A DNA stretch of 64,000 bases from the NCBI GenBank assembly GCA_943372845.1, contig CALSAD010000015.1, positions 1,389-65,388 on the forward strand, given 5' to 3'. This stretch comes from Chitinophaga pinensis (GTDB lineage: Bacteria; Bacteroidota; Bacteroidia; Chitinophagales; Chitinophagaceae). Below, piece after piece: positions 51,273 through 60,904 of this stretch. Numbering within the stretch: the first letter of the stretch is position 1; each line of letters starts with the position of its first letter. The notes beneath the pieces are model-generated. The model saw nothing but the letters and a program-made list of their open reading frames with translations, searched no databases and was not told the origin of the DNA. A program made the position numbers and the translations under genes.

Positions 51273-52520
51273 ATGACCATGGATATTTTACGATTTATTA
51301 CAGCAGGTAGTGTGGATGATGGAAAAAGTACACTCATAGGAAGATTACTATATGATAGTAAATCCATTATGATTGATCAGTTGGAAGCCATTGAGCGGCA
51401 GACAAAAAATCGCGAAGAAGGAGATATTGATCTTGCGTTATTAACGGATGGTTTACGCGCCGAGAGAGAGCAGGGCATCACCATTGATGTGGCTTACAAA
51501 TACTTCTCAACCCCCAAAAGAAAATTCATCATTGCCGATGCGCCGGGCCATATACAATATACCCGCAACATGGTAACAGGTGCTTCTAATGCCAACCTCA
51601 TTATTATTTTAGTGGATGCAAGACATGGCGTGATTGAGCAAACACGTCGTCATTCCATCATTGCATCCCTGCTCAATATTCCGCATGTGGTAGTAGCCAT
51701 TAATAAAATGGATATGGTGGATTACTCGCAGGATACCTATAATAATATCGTGATTGATTATGCAGAAGTGGCCGCTTCACTTGGGTTAAAAAATATAACC
51801 TATATACCCATCAGCGCATTGAATGGCGATAATATTGTAGACCGCTCTGAACAGCTTGGCTGGTATGAAGGAGATACACTGCTGCATATTTTAGAAACAG
51901 TAGAAGTAATACAGGATAGTGATTTGGTGCATGCCCGTTTTCCTGTGCAATATGTGATTCGTCCCCAAACAGATGTACTACATGATTACAGGGGGTATGC
52001 CGGAAAACTGATCAGCGGTATTTACAAGAAAGGAGATAAAGTAACGGTACTTCCTTCAGGATTGCAAAGTACCATCAAGTCTATAGAAATTGGCGGTAAA
52101 GAAATTGCAGAAGCTTTTGCACCACAAAGTATTGTACTGCATTTAGAAGATAATATTGATGTGAGCCGTGGCGATGTGATTGTGGCTGCCAATGATTTGC
52201 CTAATGTTTCGCAGGAACTGGAAGTATTGGTATGCTGGATGGGCAATAAACCTTTAGCAGAAGGCAACCGCTACCTGTTGCAGATCAATAGTCGTTTGGT
52301 AAAAAGTATTGTAAAAGAGATTCAGTATAAGCTGGATGTAAACTCGCTGCAAAAAGAATTTTCACCGGGAACCGTTGGGTTGAATGATATCGTGAAAGCC
52401 ACCATTAAAACAGCTTCTCCCATTGCATTTGACAGTTATAGTGAACTGCGTGTTAACGGGGGTGCTATTTTAATAGATGAAACCAGTAATGTTACTGTGG
52501 GTGCTTGTATGATACAGTAA
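51273..52520 (+). CDS. cysN: Sulfate adenylyltransferase subunit 1 (GTPase), without an APS-kinase domain
   Basis: G-motifs GSVDDGKST, DAPGH and NKMD. At 415 aa there is no C-terminal CysC fusion. Confidence 0.9.
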   Translation: MTMDILRFITAGSVDDGKSTLIGRLLYDSKSIMIDQLEAIERQTKNREEGDIDLALLTDGLRAEREQGITIDVAYKYFSTPKRKFIIADAPGHIQYTRNMVTGASNANLIIILVDARHGVIEQTRRHSIIASLLNIPHVVVAINKMDMVDYSQDTYNNIVIDYAEVAASLGLKNITYIPISALNGDNIVDRSEQLGWYEGDTLLHILETVEVIQDSDLVHARFPVQYVIRPQTDVLHDYRGYAGKLISGIYKKGDKVTVLPSGLQSTIKSIEIGGKEIAEAFAPQSIVLHLEDNIDVSRGDVIVAANDLPNVSQELEVLVCWMGNKPLAEGNRYLLQINSRLVKSIVKEIQYKLDVNSLQKEFSPGTVGLNDIVKATIKTASPIAFDSYSELRVNGGAILIDETSNVTVGACMIQ

Positions 52521-52533
52521 AAGGATATTACAA

Positions 52534-53367
52534 ATGGACAAACAATTATTTCTTCAACAACTGCATGACAGAAATGCAAACTGCCCGGTTTCTTTTCCGG
52601 ACAGGGCATTGGCGCACCGGTTTGTTGATGAATTGTTTGATTTATTGTTTATTCCCAGAAGAAGTGATCAGATATCATTGGAAGATATCAGTAAAGAATA
52701 TGAAGTATTGCGCAAGCAATTTTCTGCTTTGGTGTATGATGTGATACATGATGAAGCGGAGCTTGAAAAAATCACAGGCATTTTTTTTAAAAACATACCG
52801 CTCATCTATACAAAACTATTACAAGATGCCCGCGCCATCCTTGCATTTGATCCAGCTGCGGGATCGGAAGAAGAAGTATTGGTGGCGTATCCCGGTTTTT
52901 ATGCAACGGCTGTATATCGTTTGTCGCATGTTTTGTGGGAAGCGGGTGTAAAAATATTGCCAAGGGTTTTTACAGAATATGCACATAGCAAAACCGGTAT
53001 TGATATTCATCCTGGTGCTGTTATCGGGGAGTCTTTCTCTATTGATCACGGAACAGGCATTGTGATTGGAGAAACTTCGGTAATTGGGAGGAATGTGAAA
53101 CTATACCAGGGTGTAACACTGGGTGCATTGAATGTATCAAAAGAAGATGCGCAGAGTAAACGGCATCCAACTATCGAGGATAATGTAACTGTGTATTCAG
53201 GAGCTACCATTTTAGGAGGCGAAACAGTAATTGGCCATGATACCATTATCGGTGGTAATGTATGGTTAACCTATAGTGTAGATCCGCATTCGGTAGTATA
53301 TCATAAAAGTGATATTAAAGTGAGAGACAATAACCCTTTTCCCGAGCCATTGAATTTTGTCATCTAA
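52534..53367 (+). CDS. cysE: Serine O-acetyltransferase
   Basis: Left-handed beta-helix hexapeptide repeats IHPGAVIGESFSIDHGTGIVIGETSVIGRNVKLYQGVTLG. Confidence 0.85.
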   Translation: MDKQLFLQQLHDRNANCPVSFPDRALAHRFVDELFDLLFIPRRSDQISLEDISKEYEVLRKQFSALVYDVIHDEAELEKITGIFFKNIPLIYTKLLQDARAILAFDPAAGSEEEVLVAYPGFYATAVYRLSHVLWEAGVKILPRVFTEYAHSKTGIDIHPGAVIGESFSIDHGTGIVIGETSVIGRNVKLYQGVTLGALNVSKEDAQSKRHPTIEDNVTVYSGATILGGETVIGHDTIIGGNVWLTYSVDPHSVVYHKSDIKVRDNNPFPEPLNFVI

Positions 53368-53400
53368 AAAAATCAACTAACATAACTTAAATCATATCAA

Positions 53401-54312
53401 GTGAAAGCAACTACTATTTTAGCTACTATCGGAAATACGCCACATGTAAAAATCAATCGCCTTTTTGGATCAGACCATGAAGTGTGGATCAAATTAGAAA
53501 AAACCAATCCCGGTGCCAGTATCAAAGACCGTATTGCACTGGCCATGATCGAAGATGCAGAAGCCAAGGGCTTACTGAATGCCAATAGTGTAATTGTAGA
53601 GCCTACTTCGGGTAATACCGGAATTGGTCTGGCATTGGTGGCTGCTGTAAAAGGATATAAGATCATTCTGGTAATGCCGGAAAGCATGAGTGTGGAAAGA
53701 AGAAAATTAATGTCGGCCTATGGTGCTGAATTTGTTTTAACACCTCGTGAAAAAGGAATGAAAGGTGCGATAGAAAAGGCAACCGAAATTGTAAGCACAA
53801 CACCCGGTGCCTGGATGCCGCAGCAGTTTGATAACCCTGCTAACACAGATATGCACCGGAAAACAACTGCTCTGGAAATCATCAACGATTTTCCGGATGG
53901 GATTGATTATATGATCACAGGTGTTGGAACCGGCGGACACATTACCGGGGCTGCAGAAATATTAAAAGAAAAATTTCCTTCTTTACAAGTTTTTGCCGTT
54001 GAGCCGGAATTATCTCCCGTATTAAGTGGTGGTGCACCTTCGCCGCATCCTTTACAAGGTATTGGTGCGGGGTTTGTTCCGTCCATATTGAATGTAAAAA
54101 TCCTCGACGGAATTATCCAGGTTGGAAAAGACGAAGCCATTTTGTATGCCCAGCGTTTGGCGAAAGAAGAAGGTATTCTTGCCGGTATTTCTACCGGAGC
54201 CTCATTGGCGGCGGTTGCTAAAAAACTGGCAGATATACCAAAAGGCGCAAAAATTCTCACATTCAATTATGATACGGGAGAAAGATATTTATCAATAGAA
54301 GGATTGTTTTAA
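53401..54312 (+). CDS. cysK: Cysteine synthase A (O-acetylserine sulfhydrylase)
   Basis: PLP-lysine motif [17 protein letters not shown] and GTGGHITG. The start codon is GTG. Confidence 0.9.
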   Translation: MKATTILATIGNTPHVKINRLFGSDHEVWIKLEKTNPGASIKDRIALAMIEDAEAKGLLNANSVIVEPTSGNTGIGLALVAAVKGYKIILVMPESMSVERRKLMSAYGAEFVLTPREKGMKGAIEKATEIVSTTPGAWMPQQFDNPANTDMHRKTTALEIINDFPDGIDYMITGVGTGGHITGAAEILKEKFPSLQVFAVEPELSPVLSGGAPSPHPLQGIGAGFVPSILNVKILDGIIQVGKDEAILYAQRLAKEEGILAGISTGASLAAVAKKLADIPKGAKILTFNYDTGERYLSIEGLF

Positions 54313-54321
54313 AAAAAACCT

Positions 54322-55176
54322 ATGAATGTAGTTACCCATAAAGGAAAAGTGATTCTCGCCGGAGCAGGTCCGGGCGATCCGGATCTGGTTACCGTAAAAA
54401 CGGCTAACTACCTGCAACAGGCGGATGTGGTATTAACCGACAGGTTAGTTAGTAAACTGATCTTACAAAGATATGTACGGCCAACTGCGCAAATTATTGA
54501 AGTGGGCAAGCAATGCAGAAGAGGTGTATCCACCCCACAGGAAAATATCAACCATTTACTTGTTCAGTATGCGCAGGAAGGGAAGCTGGTGGTTCGTTTA
54601 AAAGGAGGTGATGTTTCTTTTTTCTCCAATGTGCTGGATGAACTGGAAGTGCTGCGCGAAAATAACATTCCGTACGAAATTGTACCTGGTGTTACTGCAG
54701 CTTCAGGTGCCGCCGCATATGCAGGCATACCCCTTACGGCGCGTGACCATGCAACGGCTGTTCGCTTTTTAACTTTTTATAAATCAACCATTGTTAGTGA
54801 TGCGTATTGGAAAGAACTGGCCGCTACTGATGATACGTTGGTTTTTTATATGTCGTCCGAAACAATGGATGAACTGGTTGCCAGGCTAATTGAAAACAAT
54901 ATGGCAACCGATACACAACTGGCCGTTATCGAACAGGCTACTACCCCTTATCAACAGGTATATGTTTCCGGCTTGTATGAATATGAAACAAAACTGAAAG
55001 GGAAGTCTTTTCTATCTCCTTCATTAATCATTATTGGGAAAGTGGTGTCATTACAGGCATCCTTCCAATGGTTTACCGGAAGCGATCAGAAGGAATATTA
55101 TTTTGAACCGTTGACAAGCCCCGTAAAATCAATTATTAGCAATGAACCAGAACAAAAATATGCTGGCAGGGCATAA
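54322..55176 (+). CDS. cobA: Uroporphyrinogen-III C-methyltransferase (SUMT)
   Basis: VILAGAGPGDPDLVTVK and RLKGGD motifs. Confidence 0.88.
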   Translation: MNVVTHKGKVILAGAGPGDPDLVTVKTANYLQQADVVLTDRLVSKLILQRYVRPTAQIIEVGKQCRRGVSTPQENINHLLVQYAQEGKLVVRLKGGDVSFFSNVLDELEVLRENNIPYEIVPGVTAASGAAAYAGIPLTARDHATAVRFLTFYKSTIVSDAYWKELAATDDTLVFYMSSETMDELVARLIENNMATDTQLAVIEQATTPYQQVYVSGLYEYETKLKGKSFLSPSLIIIGKVVSLQASFQWFTGSDQKEYYFEPLTSPVKSIISNEPEQKYAGRA

Positions 55177-56860
55177 GCAACAATTATTAACCGAATTAAC
55201 GGCGGGTGCATCCAGAGAAGAACTAATCTGGATCAACGGTTATATTGCGGCATTGGTTAGCGGTAATGAATTGCCGGTTACTGATGATGCCGTTCGTGTA
55301 ACCACAGCCCAAAAAATTACACTGGTGTACGGAACCGAAACCGGAAATTCCAAACGCGTGGCTACCGATCTGGCTGCAAAAGCCAAGAAGAAACAATTAC
55401 AGGTAAAGCTGGCCAGTCTTGATCAATACCGGCTTACTGATCTTTCCCGCGAAGAAAATTTATTTGTGGTGATCAGTACGCAGGGAGACGGTGAACCACC
55501 GGTTGCAGCACAGAAATTTTATGATCATATCCATAAAAATGGATTTCGCTTGGATAAAACCAAATTCAGCGTACTCGCATTAGGCGATACTTCCTATCCC
55601 TTGTTTTGCAAAACAGGAGAAGAAGTGGATGCACAACTTGAAAAATTAGGTGGCAAACGCATAGTACCTATCCGCAAGTGTGATGTGGATTATGAAAACG
55701 ATGCAGATGCCTGGTTTGAAGAAATACTTCAATCACTGAATCAGCAACCTGTTACCCATTCTGCGGGAGTGCCTGTTACGGTAAAAGCAGATACCAAATC
55801 GAATAAAAAAATATACACCGGAACCATTGTGGGCCATGTGAATCTGAATGATACCGGTTCTGACAAAGAAACCTATCACATTGAATTATTGGCAGATGAT
55901 GTTGATTATTTACCGGGTGATTCTATCGGAATTGTACCGGAAAATCCATCTGCCATCGTTGAGCAGATACTAACGGTTTCGGGAGCTGATAGAAATACAA
56001 TCATCGCTTTCAAAGATGCCAGCTATTCTCTTTTTGATTTATTGAAAAAGAAAGTAGCGGTGATATACTTACATGAGCGTGTTGTAAAAAAATATGCCAG
56101 TATCGTTCAGCAGGAAATTCCGGAAATGAAAATGGACCTGCTTACTTTACTGCAATTGTATCCTTTACAAAATAAAGAACAATTTGCAGATGTAGCTGCC
56201 ATACTGCCCGCGCAATCACCCCGTATCTACACCATTGCTTCCTCACCATCGGCACATGATGGAGAAGTGCATCTTACCGTTGAAAAATATGTATTTACGG
56301 TAAATGATGAAACCAAATATGGGTTGTGTACAGATTATCTTTCCGGATTATCAATAGATACTCAATTCGATTTTTTTGTACAGAAAAACAAACGTTTCCG
56401 TTTACCTGCTGCCGATAAAAATGTATTGATGATAGCCAAGAGTACCGGCATTGCCGCTTTCCGTTCTTTTTTAAGCGAAAGAGATGCAACAGGTGCTACC
56501 GGAAAAAATTGGTTGTTTTTTGAAGAAGAAAAATTTACCACTGATTTTCTGTACCAAACAGAATTACAGGATTGGTACCAGACGGGCGTGCTGAATGGTA
56601 TCTCATTGGCTTTTTCAAAGGATGGTGCTGAACCTTTGTATGTGCAGGATAAACTAAGGGCACATGGTAAAGAAGTATATGCGTGGATGGTATCCGGGGG
56701 GTATGTATATGTGTGTGGTGAAAAAGATCCGATGAGTGTGGAAGTGGAAAAAGAGTTGCTATCCATCATTGAAACCCATGGCGGGTTAGCTGCGGATAAA
56801 GCGAAAGCCTATTTCGAACAATTGAAAGAAGAAGGCCGGTATTCAAAGGATGTATATTAA
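55142..56860 (+). CDS. cysJ: Assimilatory sulfite reductase (NADPH) flavoprotein subunit
   Basis: Flavodoxin domain VYGTETGNSKRVA, FAD motif RIYTIASSP and NADPH motif YVYVCG. Overlaps cobA by 35 nt, or 17 nt if the Met at 55160 is used. Confidence 0.88.
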   Translation: MNQNKNMLAGHKQQLLTELTAGASREELIWINGYIAALVSGNELPVTDDAVRVTTAQKITLVYGTETGNSKRVATDLAAKAKKKQLQVKLASLDQYRLTDLSREENLFVVISTQGDGEPPVAAQKFYDHIHKNGFRLDKTKFSVLALGDTSYPLFCKTGEEVDAQLEKLGGKRIVPIRKCDVDYENDADAWFEEILQSLNQQPVTHSAGVPVTVKADTKSNKKIYTGTIVGHVNLNDTGSDKETYHIELLADDVDYLPGDSIGIVPENPSAIVEQILTVSGADRNTIIAFKDASYSLFDLLKKKVAVIYLHERVVKKYASIVQQEIPEMKMDLLTLLQLYPLQNKEQFADVAAILPAQSPRIYTIASSPSAHDGEVHLTVEKYVFTVNDETKYGLCTDYLSGLSIDTQFDFFVQKNKRFRLPAADKNVLMIAKSTGIAAFRSFLSERDATGATGKNWLFFEEEKFTTDFLYQTELQDWYQTGVLNGISLAFSKDGAEPLYVQDKLRAHGKEVYAWMVSGGYVYVCGEKDPMSVEVEKELLSIIETHGGLAADKAKAYFEQLKEEGRYSKDVY

Positions 56861-56922
56861 GGACTGCATGAATACGGGAAAGTTTAGTAAGTATTTTTAA
56901 ACAAAGACAAAGTAAACAGGTA

Positions 56923-58587
56923 ATGTCAGATAAATCACCCATAGAAAGAATCAAAGAAGCCAGCGACCATTTGCGCGGAACACTGAAGGAAAGTTTGCAG
57001 GATGAAATAACCGGTGCTATTCGGGAAGATGACCAGGCCGTTGTCAAGTTTCATGGTATGTACCAACAGGATGACAGGGACAGACGTGAAGAGCGTGCTG
57101 CTAAAAAGTTGGAACGGCTGTATACTTTCATGATCCGTCTCCGGTTGCCTGGTGGTTTTTTAACCCCTGAACAATGGATAGCCGTGCATGATATTGCCGG
57201 CGAAAATTCTACCGGCGTGATCAAAATCACATCCCGTCAAACCCTGCAATTACATGGTATACTGAAATCAAATATAAAACCTACTATACATTCTTTCAGT
57301 CAGGCCAAACTGGATTCTATTGCTACCTGTGGTGATATCAATCGAAATGTATTATGCAGCTCGCATCCGAAAGAATCTGCCATACACGGGCAGGTATTTG
57401 CCTATGCAGATAAAATCAGTCAGCTACTGATGCCTAAAACAAAAGCCTATTATGAAGTATGGCTGGATGAAGAACAGTTATTGGACAAGAAGGAAGAAGA
57501 AGATCCGCTTTACCAGGATCGTTATCTCCCCAGAAAATTTAAAATTGCCATAGCCATACCACCCAATAATGATGTGGATGTATTTGCGAATGATATTGGA
57601 TTGATCGCTGTTATTGAAAATGATGTTTTGAAAGGATTTAATATTGCGATTGGTGGTGGCTTATCTTCTACGCATGGCAATGCAGAAACCTATCCACGAT
57701 TGGCCACTTTGATTGGCTTTGCTGATACGGAAGAGAAAGTGTTGAAAGCGGTGTATGAGATTGCCACAATTCAGCGAGATTATGGTAACCGCAGCGATAG
57801 AAAACTGGCCCGATTAAAATATACGGTTGATAAATATGGTATTGACTGGTATAAGGCTGAACTGGAAAAAAGAACAGGCTTTGCGTTGGCACCTGTGGCG
57901 GACTATACATTCAATAGTCGTAAAGATCATTTCGGCTGGCATCCAAATCACGAAGGCCTTTGGTATTATACAGCTTTTGTAGAGAATGGAAGAATACTTG
58001 ATGAAGGAAACATACAACTGAAAACAGCCTTACTCGAAATAGCCAAAACAGGGAAAGCCAATTTTCGTTTTACCTGTAATGCAAACGTGATTATCAGCGA
58101 TGTTGCCGAAGCTGATAAAAAAGAAATTGATACGCTATTGGCAACCTATGGTGTTGCTAGAAATACAGAAGTCAGTTCTGTGATCAGAAAAAATGCGATG
58201 GCATGCGTGGCCTTTCCTACCTGCCCATTGGCATTGGCCGAGGCACAGCGTTACCTGCCCTCATTGATAGATAAGATTGAAGGGCTGCTTCAGAAAAATG
58301 CACTTGGTAATGAAGAGATCATCATCCGTATGACCGGTTGTCCCAATGGATGCGCCAGATCATACGCAGCTGAAATTGGTTTTGTGGGAACTGCCTATGG
58401 AAAATACAATATGCAATTGGGCGGCGACAGAATAGGAGAACGGCTGAATAAAATTTATAAAGAAAATATCGAAGAACCCGAAATATTGGCAACCCTCGAT
58501 ACACTGTTTGCAAACTATGCCGCTAACAGAAATCTCCATGAAACCTTTGGCGATTTCTCGATACGGCAAAAATGGGTAAGTGCTTAG
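56923..58587 (+). CDS. cysI: Assimilatory sulfite reductase hemoprotein subunit
   Basis: Siroheme/4Fe-4S cysteine motifs ACVAFPTCPLA and TGCPNGCARSY. Confidence 0.9.
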   Translation: MSDKSPIERIKEASDHLRGTLKESLQDEITGAIREDDQAVVKFHGMYQQDDRDRREERAAKKLERLYTFMIRLRLPGGFLTPEQWIAVHDIAGENSTGVIKITSRQTLQLHGILKSNIKPTIHSFSQAKLDSIATCGDINRNVLCSSHPKESAIHGQVFAYADKISQLLMPKTKAYYEVWLDEEQLLDKKEEEDPLYQDRYLPRKFKIAIAIPPNNDVDVFANDIGLIAVIENDVLKGFNIAIGGGLSSTHGNAETYPRLATLIGFADTEEKVLKAVYEIATIQRDYGNRSDRKLARLKYTVDKYGIDWYKAELEKRTGFALAPVADYTFNSRKDHFGWHPNHEGLWYYTAFVENGRILDEGNIQLKTALLEIAKTGKANFRFTCNANVIISDVAEADKKEIDTLLATYGVARNTEVSSVIRKNAMACVAFPTCPLALAEAQRYLPSLIDKIEGLLQKNALGNEEIIIRMTGCPNGCARSYAAEIGFVGTAYGKYNMQLGGDRIGERLNKIYKENIEEPEILATLDTLFANYAANRNLHETFGDFSIRQKWVSA

Positions 58588-58636
58588 CTTTTGCATTCAA
58601 TAGCGCAGCACTTTAATAAGTAATATATTTGTAAAA

Positions 58637-59398
58637 ATGAATGGGATGCTTCGAAAGTATGTTTTGATGCTGGTATTGTTCAGCAGTATGGGAATGTTTG
58701 TAAAAGCGCAGACGGTAAAAAATACTACTTACCCAGACCAGGTATGGGTAGGTTATTTTAACCAAACCCGTTTCAATAATAAATGGGGCATGTGGACGGA
58801 TCTGCAATTGAGAACTAAGGAAGATTTTGTTTCCAATTTCAGCCAGTCAATTGTACGCCTTGGGTTAACACATTATCTTACTGATAATACAAAGCTAACA
58901 CTGGGCTATGCATGGATCAACCAGTTTCCGGGAGATAACCACCCAACGGTTTCCAGACCGGAGCACAGGCTTTGGCAGCAGGTGCAATGGCATAATAAAT
59001 ATCCGCGTCTACGCTTGATGAACTGGATCAGACTAGAGGAAAGGTTCAGGCAAAAAATTGCCGGCAATGGTGAACTGGCATCCGGCTATAATTATAGCTG
59101 GAAGGTTCGGTATAATTTTTTATTCAATGTGCCCCTGCATAAAAAAGCGTTTGCGCCAAAAACATTGTCGTTTGTTTTTAATGACGAGGTGCATATCAAT
59201 TTCGGAAATGAGATCGTATACAATTATTTTGATCAGAACCGTTTTTTTGTAGGGCTCAGCTATCACATCAATGCCGCAGATAATATCCAGTTTGGGTATA
59301 TGAACCAGTTCCAACAGCTTGCTTCGGGTAACAACTATCGGAGTGTGGATGCGGCACGCATTTTCTACTTTCATAATCTGGATCTGCGAAAAAAATAG
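58637..59398 (+). CDS. DUF2490-family predicted outer-membrane protein
   Basis: Signal peptide. WVGYFNQTRFNNKWGMWTDLQLR and alternating beta-strand-like periodicity. Sits inside the cys operon. Confidence 0.7.
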   Translation: MNGMLRKYVLMLVLFSSMGMFVKAQTVKNTTYPDQVWVGYFNQTRFNNKWGMWTDLQLRTKEDFVSNFSQSIVRLGLTHYLTDNTKLTLGYAWINQFPGDNHPTVSRPEHRLWQQVQWHNKYPRLRLMNWIRLEERFRQKIAGNGELASGYNYSWKVRYNFLFNVPLHKKAFAPKTLSFVFNDEVHINFGNEIVYNYFDQNRFFVGLSYHINAADNIQFGYMNQFQQLASGNNYRSVDAARIFYFHNLDLRKK

Positions 59399-59410
59399 GG
59401 AGAGAATACA

Positions 59411-59433
59411 CCGTGCCTTAGTGCCTTTGTGTG
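59411..59433. repeat. Family A half element (A4)
   Basis: CCGTGCCTTAGTGCCTTTGTGTG with no right arm. Confidence 0.6.
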
Positions 59434-59548
59434 AATCAAAGTCTGGCAGTTAAATTTAAGCATAGTAATTATGCCAAGGTCTTCTCGTTCACTTGAACGG
59501 TATATTTTGTGATTGGATTATTATTTAAAGAGAGCCCCATTACCTAAT

Positions 59549-60298
59549 ATGTTGCTATCATCAAATACCTCTTTAGTACCATCCGCTGCCGAGCAGGGAG
59601 CGAATACCCTGTTTCCAGTATTCCTGAAACTGGAAACGCTCTCCGTGCTGCTGATCGGTGGGGGTAATATAGCTTTGGAAAAGTTGCAGGCTGTACTGGG
59701 TAATGCACCAGACACCAAAATCAGGTTGGTGGCTGGTTTTATTGATGATCGAATTAAACAACTTGCTGCACAGTATCAAATAGTATTGCAGGAAAAGTGG
59801 TACGAAGCATCTGATATAGATGATGCTGATATCATTATTGTAGCAGTGAACGATATTCCTTTAAGTGAACGAATTCGAACAGATGCCAAACAAAAAAATA
59901 TCCTGGTCAATGTGGCGGATAAACCTACTTTGTGTGATTTTTATTTGGGATCTGTTGTGCAAAAAGGAAGTCTGAAAATTGCCATTTCCACCAATGGTAA
60001 ATCACCTACTATAGCCAAACGACTGAAAGAAGTATTGAATGAGATCCTTCCCGCAGAGATAGATGATGTACTGAATAATATGCAGCAGATCCGTCAACAA
60101 CTCAATGGCGATTTTTCTGATAAAGTAAAACAACTCAATGAACTTACTAAAGTACTGGTTGCCAAGCAGGGTTCACCTGAAGAGGTGAATCTGCTTACGC
60201 AAAAAGAAAAGCAATGGCAACAAATCGTAAAGATCTGCCTCTTTGCTTTTATTTGTATGGTGGTGGGTGCGGCTGTATTTGCTTATTTCTTTGCGTAA
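59549..60298 (+). CDS. sirC: Precorrin-2 dehydrogenase / sirohydrochlorin ferrochelatase (siroheme synthase N-domain type) with C-terminal TM helix
   Basis: NAD motif VLLIGGGNIALEK and ISTNGKSPTIAKRLK. The C-terminus ICLFAFICMVVGAAVFAYFFA is hydrophobic. The ORF track starts at a TTG at 59513; the ATG at 59549 is preferred. Confidence 0.8.
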   Translation: MLLSSNTSLVPSAAEQGANTLFPVFLKLETLSVLLIGGGNIALEKLQAVLGNAPDTKIRLVAGFIDDRIKQLAAQYQIVLQEKWYEASDIDDADIIIVAVNDIPLSERIRTDAKQKNILVNVADKPTLCDFYLGSVVQKGSLKIAISTNGKSPTIAKRLKEVLNEILPAEIDDVLNNMQQIRQQLNGDFSDKVKQLNELTKVLVAKQGSPEEVNLLTQKEKQWQQIVKICLFAFICMVVGAAVFAYFFA

Positions 60299-60313
60299 GA
60301 AATATCAGGGTTT

Positions 60314-60613
60314 CTACAATCTTCGTAAACCTGCGAGCATAACCGTTGAAAGGTAATATACGGTTGCTATCACAAATAATTCTACCATCACAATTCCGGC
60401 TAATCGCCAGTAGCGATAGGTATCATTCATCAATTTATCCTCACTCTTATCTTTATCCCGTTCGGTGTTATAAATATGGATGAACTCTTGTATGATGATT
60501 GCATTTAGCACCATGTATAAGGAAAGTTGTAATGCAACATTAGTAGTTCTTTTGAACGTAACGAAGCAAATAATAACCACAATAAGTTGAATAGTGTTTC
60601 TAGCTTTTTTCAT
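60314..60613 (-). CDS. Small hypothetical membrane protein
   Basis: 99 aa with three hydrophobic segments. No family recognised. Confidence 0.4.
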   Translation of the reverse strand: MKKARNTIQLIVVIICFVTFKRTTNVALQLSLYMVLNAIIIQEFIHIYNTERDKDKSEDKLMNDTYRYWRLAGIVMVELFVIATVYYLSTVMLAGLRRL

Positions 60614-60828
60614 ATAAGTAACTTTTAAAAATCATACACTACGCAAAGCCTCTTGCAACACCTAACATTCATCTCCATTTATGAAAGCATGCTTAAACAA
60701 AAGCCCTACCATGGTATAGATGAAAGCATATCCCATTTCTGCTCCGTCATATCTCTAATTATCTAATAGTTACCAATTAAGAATCCACCGGCTGCATCCC
60801 ATAAATATCCATCACTATCCTGCTTGTT

Positions 60829-60847
60829 AAGCGAAAAGGATATCGTA
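60829..60847. promoter_or_regulatory. Candidate LacI operator upstream of the heparinase II/III-like gene
   Basis: AAGCGAAAAGGATATCGTA matches the 18196-18215 palindrome core (TACGAAAAGGTTTTCGTA) at 14 of 18 positions. It lies 58 nt upstream of the 60905 start. Confidence 0.4.
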
Positions 60848-60904
60848 AATAGTTATAACAGTATTTATTCTTTGCAGTAATTTGTCGGTATAAATGATTG
60901 CTAT

